From: a virus
Taxonomy: Duplodnaviria; Heunggongvirae; Uroviricota; Caudoviricetes
Strand: one strand, 5' to 3'
IMG/VR virus record: IMGVR_UViG_2713896776_000006
Length of the DNA: 35,721 bases
In this document: positions 17,330-27,361 of the stretch, piece after piece
How the letters are laid out: each line of letters starts with the position of its first letter
Position numbering within the stretch: the stretch's first letter is position 1
Notes under the pieces: model-generated
What the model saw: the letters and a program-made list of their open reading frames with translations, nothing else
Databases searched by the model: none
What the model was told of the DNA's origin: nothing
Program-made: the position numbers and the translations under genes

Positions 17330-17755
17330 ATGAAGAAATTATCCCTTTCACTGATGCTGAACGTGTCGCTGGCGCTGATGCTGGCACTGTCCCTGATTTA
17401 CCCGCAGAGCGTGGCCGTCAGTTTTGTCGCTGCCTGGGCGATTCTGGTGACGGTTATCTGTGTGGTTGCCGGTGGTGTCGGCGTGTATGCCACTGAGTAT
17501 GTGCTGGAACGCTACGGGCGGGAGCTGCCGCCGGAATCGCTGGCCGTGAAGATTGTCACGTCGCTGTTTTTGCAGCCGGTGCCGTGGCGCAGACGGGCGG
17601 CGGCTCTGGTAGTGGTGGTGGCGACGTTTATCTCGCTGGTCGCTGCCGGGTGGATTTTTACCGCGCTGATTTATCTTGTGGTGTCGCTGTTTTTCCGGCT
17701 GATACGTAAAGCCTGTCGTCAGCGTCTTGAGGGGCGGGAACTATGTCAAAGCTGA
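17330..17755 (+). CDS. lysA: Lysis regulatory membrane protein LysA
   Basis: 141-aa ORF with multiple hydrophobic helices; P2 order. Confidence 0.8.
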   Translation: MKKLSLSLMLNVSLALMLALSLIYPQSVAVSFVAAWAILVTVICVVAGGVGVYATEYVLERYGRELPPESLAVKIVTSLFLQPVPWRRRAAALVVVVATFISLVAAGWIFTALIYLVVSLFFRLIRKACRQRLEGRELCQS

Positions 17756-18168
17756 TGATTGTGCTGGTCGTGTTGCTATCGCTGGCGGTGGCCGGTCTGT
17801 TTCTGGCGAAGCATGAAAACGCCAGGCTGCGCGTCTCGCTGGACAGGGCGAACAATGTCGCCAGCGGGCAGCAGACGACCATCACCATGCTGAAAAATCA
17901 GCTTCATGTTGCGCTCACCAGGGCAGACAAAAACGAGCTGGCGCAGGTGGCACTGCGTCAGGAACTGGAGAACGCCGCGAAGCGTGAAGCACAGCGCGAG
18001 AAAACCATCACGAGGTTACTTAATGAAAACGAAGATTTTCGCCGCTGGTACGGTGCTGACCTGCCTGATGCTGTGCGCCGGTTGCACCAGCGCCCCGCCT
18101 GCACCGACGCCAGTGATTGTCGCCAACGCCTGCCCGAAAGTGAGTCTTTGCCCGATGCCGGGCAGTGA
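17743..18168 (+). CDS. lysB: Spanin inner-membrane subunit (Rz-like) LysB
   Basis: 141-aa ORF with N-terminal TM segment and coiled-coil; P2 order. Confidence 0.8.
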   Translation: MSKLMIVLVVLLSLAVAGLFLAKHENARLRVSLDRANNVASGQQTTITMLKNQLHVALTRADKNELAQVALRQELENAAKREAQREKTITRLLNENEDFRRWYGADLPDAVRRLHQRPACTDASDCRQRLPESESLPDAGQ

Positions 18169-18313
18169 CCCGGAGACGAACGGCGATTTAAGTGCCGATA
18201 TCCGGCAGCTTGAGAACGCGCTGGCACGCTGTGCCAGTCAGGTAAAAATGATTAAACACTGTCAGGACGAAAACGATGCTCAAACCCGACAGCCTGCGCA
18301 GGGCGCTGACTGA
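18023..18313 (+). CDS. lysC: Spanin outer-membrane lipoprotein subunit (Rz1-like) LysC, starting inside lysB in another frame
   Basis: 96 aa from MKTKIFAAGTVLTCLMLCAGC (lipobox LCAGC); embedded/overlapping arrangement as in P2 lysB/lysC. Confidence 0.7.
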   Translation: MKTKIFAAGTVLTCLMLCAGCTSAPPAPTPVIVANACPKVSLCPMPGSDPETNGDLSADIRQLENALARCASQVKMIKHCQDENDAQTRQPAQGAD

Positions 18314-18743
18314 TGCCGTCACGGTACTGAAAACTAACCCCGATATGCTGCGGATATTCGTGGATAACGGGAGTATTGCCTCCACACTGGCGACGTCGCT
18401 GTCATTCGAAAAGCGTTACACGCTCAATGTCATTGTGACCGACTTTACCGGTGATTTTGACCTGCTCATCGTGCCGGTGCTGGCGTGGCTGCGGGAAAAT
18501 CAGCCCGACATCATGACCACCGACGAAGGCCAGAAAAAGGGCTTCACGTTTTATGCAGACATCAACAATGACAGCAGCTTTGATATCAGCATCAGCCTGA
18601 TGCTGACCGAGCGCACGCTGGTCAGTGAGGTGGACGGCGCGCTGCATGTGAAGAATATCCCGGAACCCCCGCCGCCGGAGCCGGTCACCCGCCCGATGGA
18701 GCTTTATATCAATGGTGAACTGGTGAGTAAGTGGGATGAATGA
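18276..18743 (+). CDS. R: Tail completion protein R
   Basis: 155-aa ORF; P2 length and order. Confidence 0.85.
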   Translation: MLKPDSLRRALTDAVTVLKTNPDMLRIFVDNGSIASTLATSLSFEKRYTLNVIVTDFTGDFDLLIVPVLAWLRENQPDIMTTDEGQKKGFTFYADINNDSSFDISISLMLTERTLVSEVDGALHVKNIPEPPPPEPVTRPMELYINGELVSKWDE

Positions 18744-19188
18744 GTTTAAGCGTTTTGAAGACCGGCTGACCGGACTGATTGAGTCGCTGTCACCGTCAGG
18801 GCGTCGGCGACTGAGCGCCGAACTGGCGAAACGTCTGCGTCAGAGTCAGCAGCGCCGGGTGATGGCACAGAAAGCCCCGGACGGCACACCCTACGCACCA
18901 CGCCAGCAGCAGAGCGCCAGAAAAAAGACCGGTCGCGTTAAGCGAAAAATGTTTGCGAAACTTATCACCAGTCGTTTTTTGCATATCCGCGCCAGCCCTG
19001 AACAGGCATCAATGGAGTTTTACGGCGGGAAGTCACCGAAAATAGCCAGTGTGCATCAGTTCGGTCTGTCGGAAGAAACCCGGAAAGACGGTAAGAAAAT
19101 TGATTATCCGGCGCGTCCTCTGCTCGGCTTTACCGGTGAGGATGTGCAGATGATTGAAGAGATTATCCTGGCTCACCTCGACCGTTAG
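18736..19188 (+). CDS. S: Tail completion protein S
   Basis: 150-aa ORF; P2 length and order. Confidence 0.85.
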   Translation: MNEFKRFEDRLTGLIESLSPSGRRRLSAELAKRLRQSQQRRVMAQKAPDGTPYAPRQQQSARKKTGRVKRKMFAKLITSRFLHIRASPEQASMEFYGGKSPKIASVHQFGLSEETRKDGKKIDYPARPLLGFTGEDVQMIEEIILAHLDR

Positions 19189-19254
19189 TTGTGCCATTCC
19201 CGACACCTCATCGTCACATTGCCGCCGGTATGACCCGGCGGCATCCTTCCCGTT

Positions 19255-19890
19255 ATGAACACTCTCGCAAATATCCAGGAACTCGCGCGCGCACTGCGCA
19301 ACATGATTCGCACCGGCCTTGTCGTCGAAACCAACCTTAAAGCCGGTCGCTGCCGTGTGCAGACCGGCGGCATGTGCACCGACTGGCTTCAGTGGCTGAC
19401 CTGTCGTGCCGGGCGTTCGCGCACATGGTGGGCACCTTCCGTGGGGGAGCAGGTGCTGATTCTGGCCGTGGGCGGTGAACTTGACACGGCGTTTGTTCTG
19501 CCGGGGATTTATTCCAGCGATAACCCCGCGCCGTCTGCGTCGGCGGATGCCCTGCATATCCGTTTCCCTGACGGGGCGGTGATTGAGTATGAACCCGAAA
19601 CCAGTGCACTCACGGTAAGCGGAATTAAAACGGCCAGCGTGACGGCTTCTGATTCTGTTACTGCCACGGTGCCGGTGGTCATGGTGAAAGCGTCAACCCG
19701 CATCACCCTGGACACACCGGAGGTGGTCTGCACCAACAGGCTGATTACCGGCACGCTGGAAGTGCAGAAGGGCGGAACGATGCACGGCAACATTGAACAT
19801 ACCGGTGGTGAACTCTCATCAAACGGTAAGGTACTGCATACCCATAAACACCCCGGCGACAGTGGCGGCACAACAGGGGGACCTCTATGA
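19255..19890 (+). CDS. V: Baseplate central spike protein
   Basis: 211-aa ORF, first gene after the S-V intergenic (late promoter) gap; P2 length. Confidence 0.9.
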   Translation: MNTLANIQELARALRNMIRTGLVVETNLKAGRCRVQTGGMCTDWLQWLTCRAGRSRTWWAPSVGEQVLILAVGGELDTAFVLPGIYSSDNPAPSASADALHIRFPDGAVIEYEPETSALTVSGIKTASVTASDSVTATVPVVMVKASTRITLDTPEVVCTNRLITGTLEVQKGGTMHGNIEHTGGELSSNGKVLHTHKHPGDSGGTTGGPL

Positions 19891-20234
19891 CTGCGCGTTA
19901 TCTCGGAATGAATCGCAGTGATGGCCTGACTGTCACTGACCTTGAGCATATCAGCCAGAGTATCGGCGATATCCTGTGTACCCCCGTCGGCTCACGGGTG
20001 ATGCGTCGAGATTACGGCTCGTTGCTGGCGTCAATGATTGACCAGCCGCAGACTCCGGCGCTTGAGTTGCAGATTAAGGTCGCCTGTTACATGGCTGTGC
20101 TGAAATGGGAACCCCGCGTCACCCTGTCATCCGTCACCACTGAGCGCGGTTTTGACGGGCGAATGACGGTCACGTTAACCGGCCAGCACAACGACACCGG
20201 CCAGCCACTTTCGTTAACCATCCCTGTGAGTTGA
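19887..20234 (+). CDS. W: Baseplate wedge protein W (gp25-like)
   Basis: 115-aa ORF; P2 length and order. Confidence 0.9.
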   Translation: MTARYLGMNRSDGLTVTDLEHISQSIGDILCTPVGSRVMRRDYGSLLASMIDQPQTPALELQIKVACYMAVLKWEPRVTLSSVTTERGFDGRMTVTLTGQHNDTGQPLSLTIPVS

Positions 20235-20238
20235 AACC

Positions 20239-21147
20239 ATGCCGATTATCGACCTGAACCAGCTACCCGCACCGGATGTGGTCGAGGAGCTGGACTTTGA
20301 AACCATTCTTGCCGAACGCAAGGCGACACTGATTTCCCTTTACCCGGAAGACCAGCAGGAGGCGGTCGCCCGTACCCTGACGCTGGAATCTGAGCCTCTC
20401 GTCAAACTGCTGGAGGAAAATGCTTATCGTGAGCTTATCTGGCGTCAGCGTGTGAATGAGGCTGCACGGGCGGTGATGCTGGCCTGTGCAGCCGGTAATG
20501 ACCTTGATGTGATTGGTGCCAATTACAACACCACGCGCCTGATTATCACCCCGGCAGATGATTCGACCATCCCGCCGACACCGGCAGTGATGGAATCTGA
20601 CACCGATTATCGTCTGCGTATTCAGCAGGCGTTTGAAGGTTTAAGCGTCGCCGGGTCGGTGGGTGCCTATCAGTATCATGGCCGCAGTGCCGACGGGCGT
20701 GTCGCGGATATCTCTGTCACCAGTCCGTCTCCGGCCTGCGTCACCATCTCTGTGCTGTCACGTGAGAATAACGGTGTGGCATCCGAAGACCTGCTGGCTG
20801 TGGTGCGTAACGCCCTTAATGGCGAGGATGTCAGGCCGGTGGCCGACCGCGTGACCGTGCAGTCTGCCGCCATCGTTGAATACCAGATAAACGCCACGCT
20901 TTACCTTTACCCTGGCCCCGAAAGCGAACCCATCCGCGCTGCCGCCGTGAAAAAACTGGAAGCGTATATCACGGCACAGCACCGGCTGGGGCGCGACATC
21001 CGTCTGTCTGCCATTTATGCCGCTTTGCATGTGGAAGGCGTGCAGCGTGTCGAACTGGCTGCACCACTGGCCGACATTGTGCTCAACAGTACGCAGGCGT
21101 CTTTCTGTACAGAATACCGCGTCGTGACCGGAGGCTCGGATGAGTGA
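20239..21147 (+). CDS. J: Baseplate wedge protein J
   Basis: 302-aa ORF; P2 length and order. Confidence 0.9.
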   Translation: MPIIDLNQLPAPDVVEELDFETILAERKATLISLYPEDQQEAVARTLTLESEPLVKLLEENAYRELIWRQRVNEAARAVMLACAAGNDLDVIGANYNTTRLIITPADDSTIPPTPAVMESDTDYRLRIQQAFEGLSVAGSVGAYQYHGRSADGRVADISVTSPSPACVTISVLSRENNGVASEDLLAVVRNALNGEDVRPVADRVTVQSAAIVEYQINATLYLYPGPESEPIRAAAVKKLEAYITAQHRLGRDIRLSAIYAALHVEGVQRVELAAPLADIVLNSTQASFCTEYRVVTGGSDE

Positions 21148-21670
21148 TTCGCGACTGCTGCCGACCGGCTCATCACCGCTTGAGGTTGCTGCTGCAAAAG
21201 CCTGTGCGGAAATTGAAAAAACGCCGGTCAGTATTCGTGAGCTGTGGAACCCGGACACCTGTCCGGCAAATCTGCTGCCGTGGCTGGCGTGGGCGTTTTC
21301 GGTCGACAGGTGGGATGAAAAGTGGCCGGAAGCGACAAAACGCGCCGTTATCCGCGATGCCTATTTCATCCACTGTCATAAAGGCACTATCGGTGCAATC
21401 CGGCGTGTGGTGGAGCCGCTCGGCTATCTCATCAACGTGACGGAGTGGTGGGAAAACAGTGACCCGCCCGGCACCTTCCGGCTTGATATTGGTGTACTGG
21501 AAAGCGGTATCACAGAGGCAATGTATCAGGAAATGGAACGGCTGATTGCCGATGCCAAACCCGCAAGTCGCCACCTTATCGGCCTGAACATTATCCAGGA
21601 CATTCCCGGCTATCTGTATACAGGCGGTGTGGTCTGTGATGGTGATGTTATTACTGTTTATCCCGGATAA
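21140..21670 (+). CDS. I: Baseplate protein I
   Basis: 176-aa ORF; P2 length and order. Confidence 0.9.
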   Translation: MSDSRLLPTGSSPLEVAAAKACAEIEKTPVSIRELWNPDTCPANLLPWLAWAFSVDRWDEKWPEATKRAVIRDAYFIHCHKGTIGAIRRVVEPLGYLINVTEWWENSDPPGTFRLDIGVLESGITEAMYQEMERLIADAKPASRHLIGLNIIQDIPGYLYTGGVVCDGDVITVYPG

Positions 21671-21680
21671 GTGAGAAACA

Positions 21681-23975
21681 ATGAGCACGAAATTTAAAAC
21701 CGTTATCACTACTGCCGGAGCCGCGAAGCTGGCAGCCGCCACTGTTCCCGGCGGGAAAAAAGTAAACCTGTCTGCAATGGCCGTGGGTGACGGTAATGGC
21801 AAATTGCCGGTGCCGGATGCCGGTCAGACGAAACTGGTGCATGAGGTCTGGCGTCACGCTCTGAATAAAGTCAGCGTGGATAACAAGAATAAAAACTATA
21901 TCGTGGCTGAACTGGTTGTACCGCCCGAAGTGGGCGGCTTCTGGATGCGTGAGCTTGGCCTGTACGATGATGCGGGAACGCTAATTGCCGTGGCGAACAT
22001 GGCCGAAAGTTATAAACCCGCTCTTGCCGAAGGCTCAGGGCGTTCGCAGACCTGCCGCATGGTCATCATCGTCAGCAGTGTGGCCTCAGTGGAGCTGACC
22101 ATTGACACCACAACGGTGATGGCGACGCAGGATTACGTTGATGACAAAATTGCAGAGCATGAACAGTCACGACGTCACCCGGACGCCTCGCTGACCGCAA
22201 AAGGTTTTACTCAGTTAAGCAGTGCGACCAACAGCACGTCTGAAACACTGGCCGCAACGCCGAAAGCGGTAAAGGCCGCCTATGACCTTGCTAACGGGAA
22301 ATATACTGCGCAGGATGCCACCACGGCGCGAAAAGGCCTTGTTCAGCTCAGTAGTGCGACCAACAGCACGTCTGAAACGCTCGCCGCAACGCCGAAAGCG
22401 GTAAAGGCCGCCTATGACCTTGCTAACGGGAAATACACTGCACAGGACGCCACCACCGCGCGAAAAGGTCTTGTCCAGCTCAGTAGCGCCACCAACAGCG
22501 ATTCTGAAACGCTTGCGGCAACACCAAAGGCGGTTAAGACAGCGTATGACCTTGCTAACGGGAAATACACTGCACAGGATGCCACCACGGCGCGAAAAGG
22601 TCTTGTCCAGCTCAGTAGCGCCACCAACAGTGATTCTGAAACCCTCGCGGCAACGCCAAAAGCGGTGAAGTCTGCCTATGACAATGCTGAAAAACGTCTT
22701 CAGAAAGATCAGAACGGTGCGGATATTCCGGGAAAGGATACCTTCACGAAAAATATCGGTGCCTGTCGTGCTTATAGCGGCGCTTTGAGCACTGAAGCCG
22801 GAAACTGGACAACCGCTCAGTTTATTGAATGGCTGGATTCCCGTGGTGCATTTAATCATCCGTACTGGATGTGCAAAGGCTCCTGGTCATATGCAAATAA
22901 CAAAATCATTACGGATACCGGATGTGGTGATATCCACCTGGCTGGTTGTGTCGTCGAAGTCATGGGAACAAAATCTGCAATCACTATTCGAGTGACCACG
23001 CCGACAACATCAAGCGGTGGCGGTACAACCAGCGCGCAATTCACTTACATTAATCATGGGGACGGCTACTCCCCCGGCTGGCGTCGTGACTGGAATCGTC
23101 AGGGCGACGCAATGACCGGAACGATTAATCAGGATGGCGGAAGCCAGAATGCCTATATGTCTACGGCCTTATGTTCAGGCACCAGAGGCGGCAAAAAATA
23201 TCTCAGAAAGTTTCGTGGTGGAGAAGGAGACACTATCTGGCATGAAACAGTGCAGGGCGGGGTAATTCGCTGGGCGACAGGAAACTATGACGATCAGGAA
23301 GAATTATCACTCAGCTCCGCTTATGGTCTCCGTTCTAGAGGTGAAATTACATCACTCAGTGCTAATGGTCTGCGCATTGCTTATGGCAATTATGGATTCT
23401 TTATCAGGAATGATGGCGGCAGCACATATTTAATGCTGACGGCCTCTGGCGATAAATTTGGGACATGGAACGGTTTAAGACCGCTGACTATCAATAACGC
23501 TAATGGCGGAGTGTCAATGGGGCATGGCCTGAGTGTTACTGGTGATATTGCCTCAAGTACCAAAGTACGCGCCGGTAGCGGGAAAAAGTTCACGGTCAGC
23601 AGCAGTAATACATCCACGAAGGAAGCCGCATTCAATTTGTGGGGAAACTCAAGTCGTCCGGTGGTGGCTGAATTAGGTGATGATGCAGGCTGGCATTTTT
23701 ACAGTCAGAGAAATACAGATAACAGCATCACTTTTGCTGTTAACGGTCAGGTATCACCATCTAACTATAGTAATTTTGATTCCCGTTATGTACGCGATAT
23801 CCGGCTTGGGACTCGAGTTGTCCAGACCATGCAGAAAGGGGTGATGTATGAGAAAGCAGGGCACGTAATTACCGGGCTTGGTATTGTCGGTGAAGTCGAT
23901 GGTGATGACCCCGCAGTATTCAGACCAATACAAAAATACATCAATGGCACATGGTATAACGTCGCACAGGTGTAA
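21681..23975 (+). CDS. H: Tail fibre protein (longer than P2 gpH; contains internal tandem repeats)
   Basis: 764-aa ORF between I and G; conserved N-terminus, repeated SSATNS..TLAATPKAVK..YDLANGKY motif, divergent C-terminal (receptor-binding) half. Confidence 0.9.
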   Translation: MSTKFKTVITTAGAAKLAAATVPGGKKVNLSAMAVGDGNGKLPVPDAGQTKLVHEVWRHALNKVSVDNKNKNYIVAELVVPPEVGGFWMRELGLYDDAGTLIAVANMAESYKPALAEGSGRSQTCRMVIIVSSVASVELTIDTTTVMATQDYVDDKIAEHEQSRRHPDASLTAKGFTQLSSATNSTSETLAATPKAVKAAYDLANGKYTAQDATTARKGLVQLSSATNSTSETLAATPKAVKAAYDLANGKYTAQDATTARKGLVQLSSATNSDSETLAATPKAVKTAYDLANGKYTAQDATTARKGLVQLSSATNSDSETLAATPKAVKSAYDNAEKRLQKDQNGADIPGKDTFTKNIGACRAYSGALSTEAGNWTTAQFIEWLDSRGAFNHPYWMCKGSWSYANNKIITDTGCGDIHLAGCVVEVMGTKSAITIRVTTPTTSSGGGTTSAQFTYINHGDGYSPGWRRDWNRQGDAMTGTINQDGGSQNAYMSTALCSGTRGGKKYLRKFRGGEGDTIWHETVQGGVIRWATGNYDDQEELSLSSAYGLRSRGEITSLSANGLRIAYGNYGFFIRNDGGSTYLMLTASGDKFGTWNGLRPLTINNANGGVSMGHGLSVTGDIASSTKVRAGSGKKFTVSSSNTSTKEAAFNLWGNSSRPVVAELGDDAGWHFYSQRNTDNSITFAVNGQVSPSNYSNFDSRYVRDIRLGTRVVQTMQKGVMYEKAGHVITGLGIVGEVDGDDPAVFRPIQKYINGTWYNVAQV
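22200..22690 (+). repeat. About 3.7 tandem copies of a 132-nt (44-aa) repeat inside H
   Basis: Repeat unit KG(F/L)(T/V)QLSSATNS(T/D)SETLAATPKAVKAAYDLANGKYTAQDATTAR seen three times in full plus a partial fourth copy; period measured as 132 nt (22203 to 22335). Confidence 0.85.
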
Positions 23976-23978
23976 TTT

Positions 23979-24506
23979 ATGCAACATTTAAAAAATATTA
24001 CTGCGGGTAATCCAAAAACTGTTGCCCAATATCAACTGACAAAAAATTTTGATGTTATCTGGTTATGGTCCGAAGAGGGAAAAAACTGGTATGAGGAAGT
24101 AAGTAATTTTCAGGAGGACACGATAAAGATTGTTTACGACGAGAATAATATAATTGTCGGCATCACCCGAGATGCTTCAACGCTTAACCCTGAAGGTTTT
24201 AGCGTTGTTGAGGTTCCTGATATTACTGCCAACCGACGTGCTGATGACTCAGGTAAATGGATGTTTAAGGATGGTGCCGTGATTAAGCGGATTTATACGG
24301 CAGACGAACAGCAGCAACTGGCAGAATCACAAAAGGCAACTTTGCTTTCCGAAGCCGAATCCGTGATTTTGCCGCTGGAGCGCGCTGTCAGGCTGAATAT
24401 GGCAACAGATGAGGAGCGTAGCCGACTGGATGCATGGGAGCGTTACAGCGTTCTGGTCAGTCGTGTGGATCCTGCAAATCCTGAATGGCCGGAAATGCCG
24501 CAATAA
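23979..24506 (+). CDS. G: Tail fibre assembly chaperone
   Basis: 175-aa ORF immediately after H; same length as P2 gpG. Confidence 0.9.
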   Translation: MQHLKNITAGNPKTVAQYQLTKNFDVIWLWSEEGKNWYEEVSNFQEDTIKIVYDENNIIVGITRDASTLNPEGFSVVEVPDITANRRADDSGKWMFKDGAVIKRIYTADEQQQLAESQKATLLSEAESVILPLERAVRLNMATDEERSRLDAWERYSVLVSRVDPANPEWPEMPQ

Positions 24507-24752
24507 GTTGTATGAGCTCTGGTGTGAGCTTACATATCTATGGCACAGAGTAAAGACTAATCTGACAGTCCGCTCTGTGCCAGAAGCGGACCTTCCAACA
24601 AGCTATATAGGAGCTAAAAAATCCTCATTGATCCAGGCTTTGAGCTTGTAAATTACCATTCCTAAAAGTTACATAATAAGTTCTATAATGTGTAGCATGG
24701 ATGATTAATATAGTTGTTTTAAGTTAAGTCCCTACAGGATATGGAGTTTTTT

Positions 24753-25205
24753 ATGTTACAACAACTGGCCTGTGAGTTTTTTATTGAGTTTTCACGATAT
24801 GAATATTGCCTTAAGGCATGTGGGATTTTAATCAATGGAGGCCATTTAAAAGCTGACTGGAATGGATATTCCGATCAGGTGCGTGACGTTATCGAAAACC
24901 CGTCTACCCCTAAACTTAATGAAGCGATTCATTACTTCGAAGAGCATCCCCCTAAAAAACAGATTTACGGTGAAAAAGGGATCATGTGGTCGGAAAAACT
25001 ACCGAGTTCCCGGCACCGGGCTGAACTAATTTTACTGCTGGTCTGTCGAGTAAGAAACAATCTCTTTCACGGCGGAAAATTCAATGGTAATTGGTTTGAA
25101 CCGGAACGCAGTGAGCAGTTAATCCGGCACGCCCTCACCATCCTACGGGCCTGTGCGGAGAAACACGCCGGAGTGAAAGATGCCTATGAGAACAAACACT
25201 TCTGA
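24753..25205 (+). CDS. Cargo hypothetical protein with HEPN-like Rx4-6H motif (RVRNNLFHGG)
   Basis: 150 aa from the ATG preceded by GGAG with 6-nt spacer (track ORF starts 4 codons earlier). AT-rich. Only a single short motif supports the HEPN idea. Confidence 0.5.
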   Translation: MLQQLACEFFIEFSRYEYCLKACGILINGGHLKADWNGYSDQVRDVIENPSTPKLNEAIHYFEEHPPKKQIYGEKGIMWSEKLPSSRHRAELILLLVCRVRNNLFHGGKFNGNWFEPERSEQLIRHALTILRACAEKHAGVKDAYENKHF

Positions 25206-25311
25206 GACGGGTCACTGCTACAACCCAGCCCATAACGGCAACTCTGACAGAATCATTAAAGGTTACTAGTACATTAAAAGAAATCGCTAAAGCAGTCGGA
25301 TTTATGTCTAT

Positions 25312-25357
25312 GGGGAGCAGGTCAAGACGAAGCTAGCCCTGCTCCCCGTGATTTTTA
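25312..25357. terminator. Bidirectional terminator-like hairpin between convergent cargo genes
   Basis: 10-bp stem ggggagcagg/cctgctcccc with 16-nt loop, followed by gtgattttta. Confidence 0.5.
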
Positions 25358-25383
25358 TATACCCACCACGGAGGCATTAGGCC

Positions 25384-26109
25384 CTATTGCCTTTTTTTCA
25401 GGTCATCAAGAATGCTCTGCTTTTCGGCAACCAACATTTTGTACACATCATCATCACTTTTAAGATTAAATTTGAAATGCGATCGTCCCACAGATATGCC
25501 GGATACGCCTTCAATCCACATATCCTTGGCTATTTTTTCATCTGAGTCATCTAGGGCATTTTCAGAAATCTTATCAAGGGATGAGAGGATATCCCCATGC
25601 AACTGTAACAATTTTTTATATGTGATTGATGGCGAATTTTCCTTCCTCCGAGAGATCAAGCTTAGATCATTAATCTGGGCGTTAACGCGATCAATAATAC
25701 CAAAAACTCCTAAGCGAGCCTCAACTGACTTGCGCTCAGATTTATGTTTTGCGCCTGTTTGAAATAACAGCTCGGAGTTAATATACGAACCTAGATCATG
25801 TGCATCTTTCACCATGGTTCTAACACCCTCACTAAAGTGTGGGTATCCGATAACTAGCCCCCCCAGTAGTGGGATGATCTTACCGTAAGCGGTGATTTTC
25901 GCGATGATTGAGCCTTCAGAGAACTCAACTGTTATCTCTACCTCACTTCCAATAAAAAAAGGTATTCGGCTCTTCGCAAAGGCAGTTATTTGCTTCTCAA
26001 TCTCATTGATTCTTAGTTTCTTATCTTGAGGGGTCGCATTTTTTAACCACTCAGGATTAACATGAACATACGATTGAGAAATGATATTCCCTGATACATA
26101 GTTTGCCAT
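25384..26109 (-). CDS. Cargo hypothetical protein (241 aa), unknown function
   Basis: ORF with GGAG SD 5 nt upstream of ATG; AT-rich; no motif I can assign. Confidence 0.6.
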   Translation of the reverse strand: MANYVSGNIISQSYVHVNPEWLKNATPQDKKLRINEIEKQITAFAKSRIPFFIGSEVEITVEFSEGSIIAKITAYGKIIPLLGGLVIGYPHFSEGVRTMVKDAHDLGSYINSELLFQTGAKHKSERKSVEARLGVFGIIDRVNAQINDLSLISRRKENSPSITYKKLLQLHGDILSSLDKISENALDDSDEKIAKDMWIEGVSGISVGRSHFKFNLKSDDDVYKMLVAEKQSILDDLKKRQ

Positions 26110-26292
26110 TCTTACTCCATTAACAAGTTACTTTAGCCACCTAGTAATACCCCTAATTTCAGGAGATATCGATATCATTCGCAACGATTGACCTGTTCCC
26201 AGTTGATTGATACACGACATTGTGAGCAAGATCTATGGCAACTCAAGTACGAACGTCTGCTGATCGCTCAGAGCGGACGGCCTTCGTGGAAG

Positions 26293-27102
26293 TTAGTCTT
26301 GTTGTGGTGGCTCTTTCCAGCGCCATTGCAAGACATTCTCATCGCTGAGAATAAACAGTCCTGACCAAATTGCCGTCCAAAACTGGACATTCAGACACCA
26401 TGGGCGTGTCATAAACCAGCGTAACGGTTTTGCTTCAAACAGATGAATACCTTTTCGCGATGGTGAATATAACGGGGGGCGTCCCACTAACGGCAGACAA
26501 AAGCCCCATTTCCAATATTCAGCAATACGCCTTCGGGCAAATTCAATTGCATTACAGTTCCAGATGATACCCCAACGCCGTTTCCATGTATCATTGAGAC
26601 ACCAGTTTTGCATTAGCGAATATTTGGGCGAATTGTCAATAGATATACTTTCACCAGTCATTAAATTTATCGTGCAATATTTTAACTGGTACTGTTCAAC
26701 CGTAAATGCGAATCCATCATCTAGAATAAGTACATCAAGTGTAGGAATATTTGAAAGCGTTAATATTATCGGTGAGTTATTTACATCATGAATGCATAGT
26801 GTTTCTTGGTAGCGTAAGCCACTGCCAATGGCTTCAAAAACAAGTTCAACTTGTTGCAGTGGTTCCTCTTTGCTTCTGAAAGCAATACGTGAACAACGAG
26901 GTTCTTTATCTGTCAACTGAGCAAATCGTAGACTGTACTCCAAATAATTCCCTAAGGAATGCCAGCTCGCCCCTAGCCTGTGTCTCACTGCCCAGCGCTC
27001 ATGTGAGAGTTGATAAGTTTTTATCAGCATTATCTGGGTAAGAGTAGACCAGCATTTCTTCACTACTGTAACAATTGCACCAAAAGGAACAGGAAGTGAC
27101 AT
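26293..27102 (-). CDS. Cargo hypothetical protein (269 aa, Trp-rich), unknown function
   Basis: ORF upstream of and co-oriented with the 241-aa gene (183-bp gap); weak GGGG SD; AT-rich; start uncertain (alternative internal Met). Confidence 0.5.
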   Translation of the reverse strand: MSLPVPFGAIVTVVKKCWSTLTQIMLIKTYQLSHERWAVRHRLGASWHSLGNYLEYSLRFAQLTDKEPRCSRIAFRSKEEPLQQVELVFEAIGSGLRYQETLCIHDVNNSPIILTLSNIPTLDVLILDDGFAFTVEQYQLKYCTINLMTGESISIDNSPKYSLMQNWCLNDTWKRRWGIIWNCNAIEFARRRIAEYWKWGFCLPLVGRPPLYSPSRKGIHLFEAKPLRWFMTRPWCLNVQFWTAIWSGLFILSDENVLQWRWKEPPQQD

Positions 27103-27361
27103 TACTAAACCCCTACAAATATCAGATAATTAGGTTTTATATCATTTCAGTCAGTGTAATCAAATGATAATCAGGATTGGGGCTAATCTTGAACGCCACT
27201 AAAGATCGGCAACAATGGGGATCCAATGTTTCGTTAGTGATTTTTCGCATTAGCAGATACATGCTTACTTCCGCTCCTCGCTCAAAGCAGACTGTCAGAT
27301 TTGATAGCGTTTGGGCTATGTAAATTGTCAGTTGGAAAATGAGTGAGTGCAAATCAGGACA

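Noticed and set aside
22215-22859. 214-aa minus-strand ORF and its companions (22412..22627, 22414..22668) inside H
   Set aside because: Generated by the 132-nt tandem repeat, which keeps alternative frames open; not independent genes.
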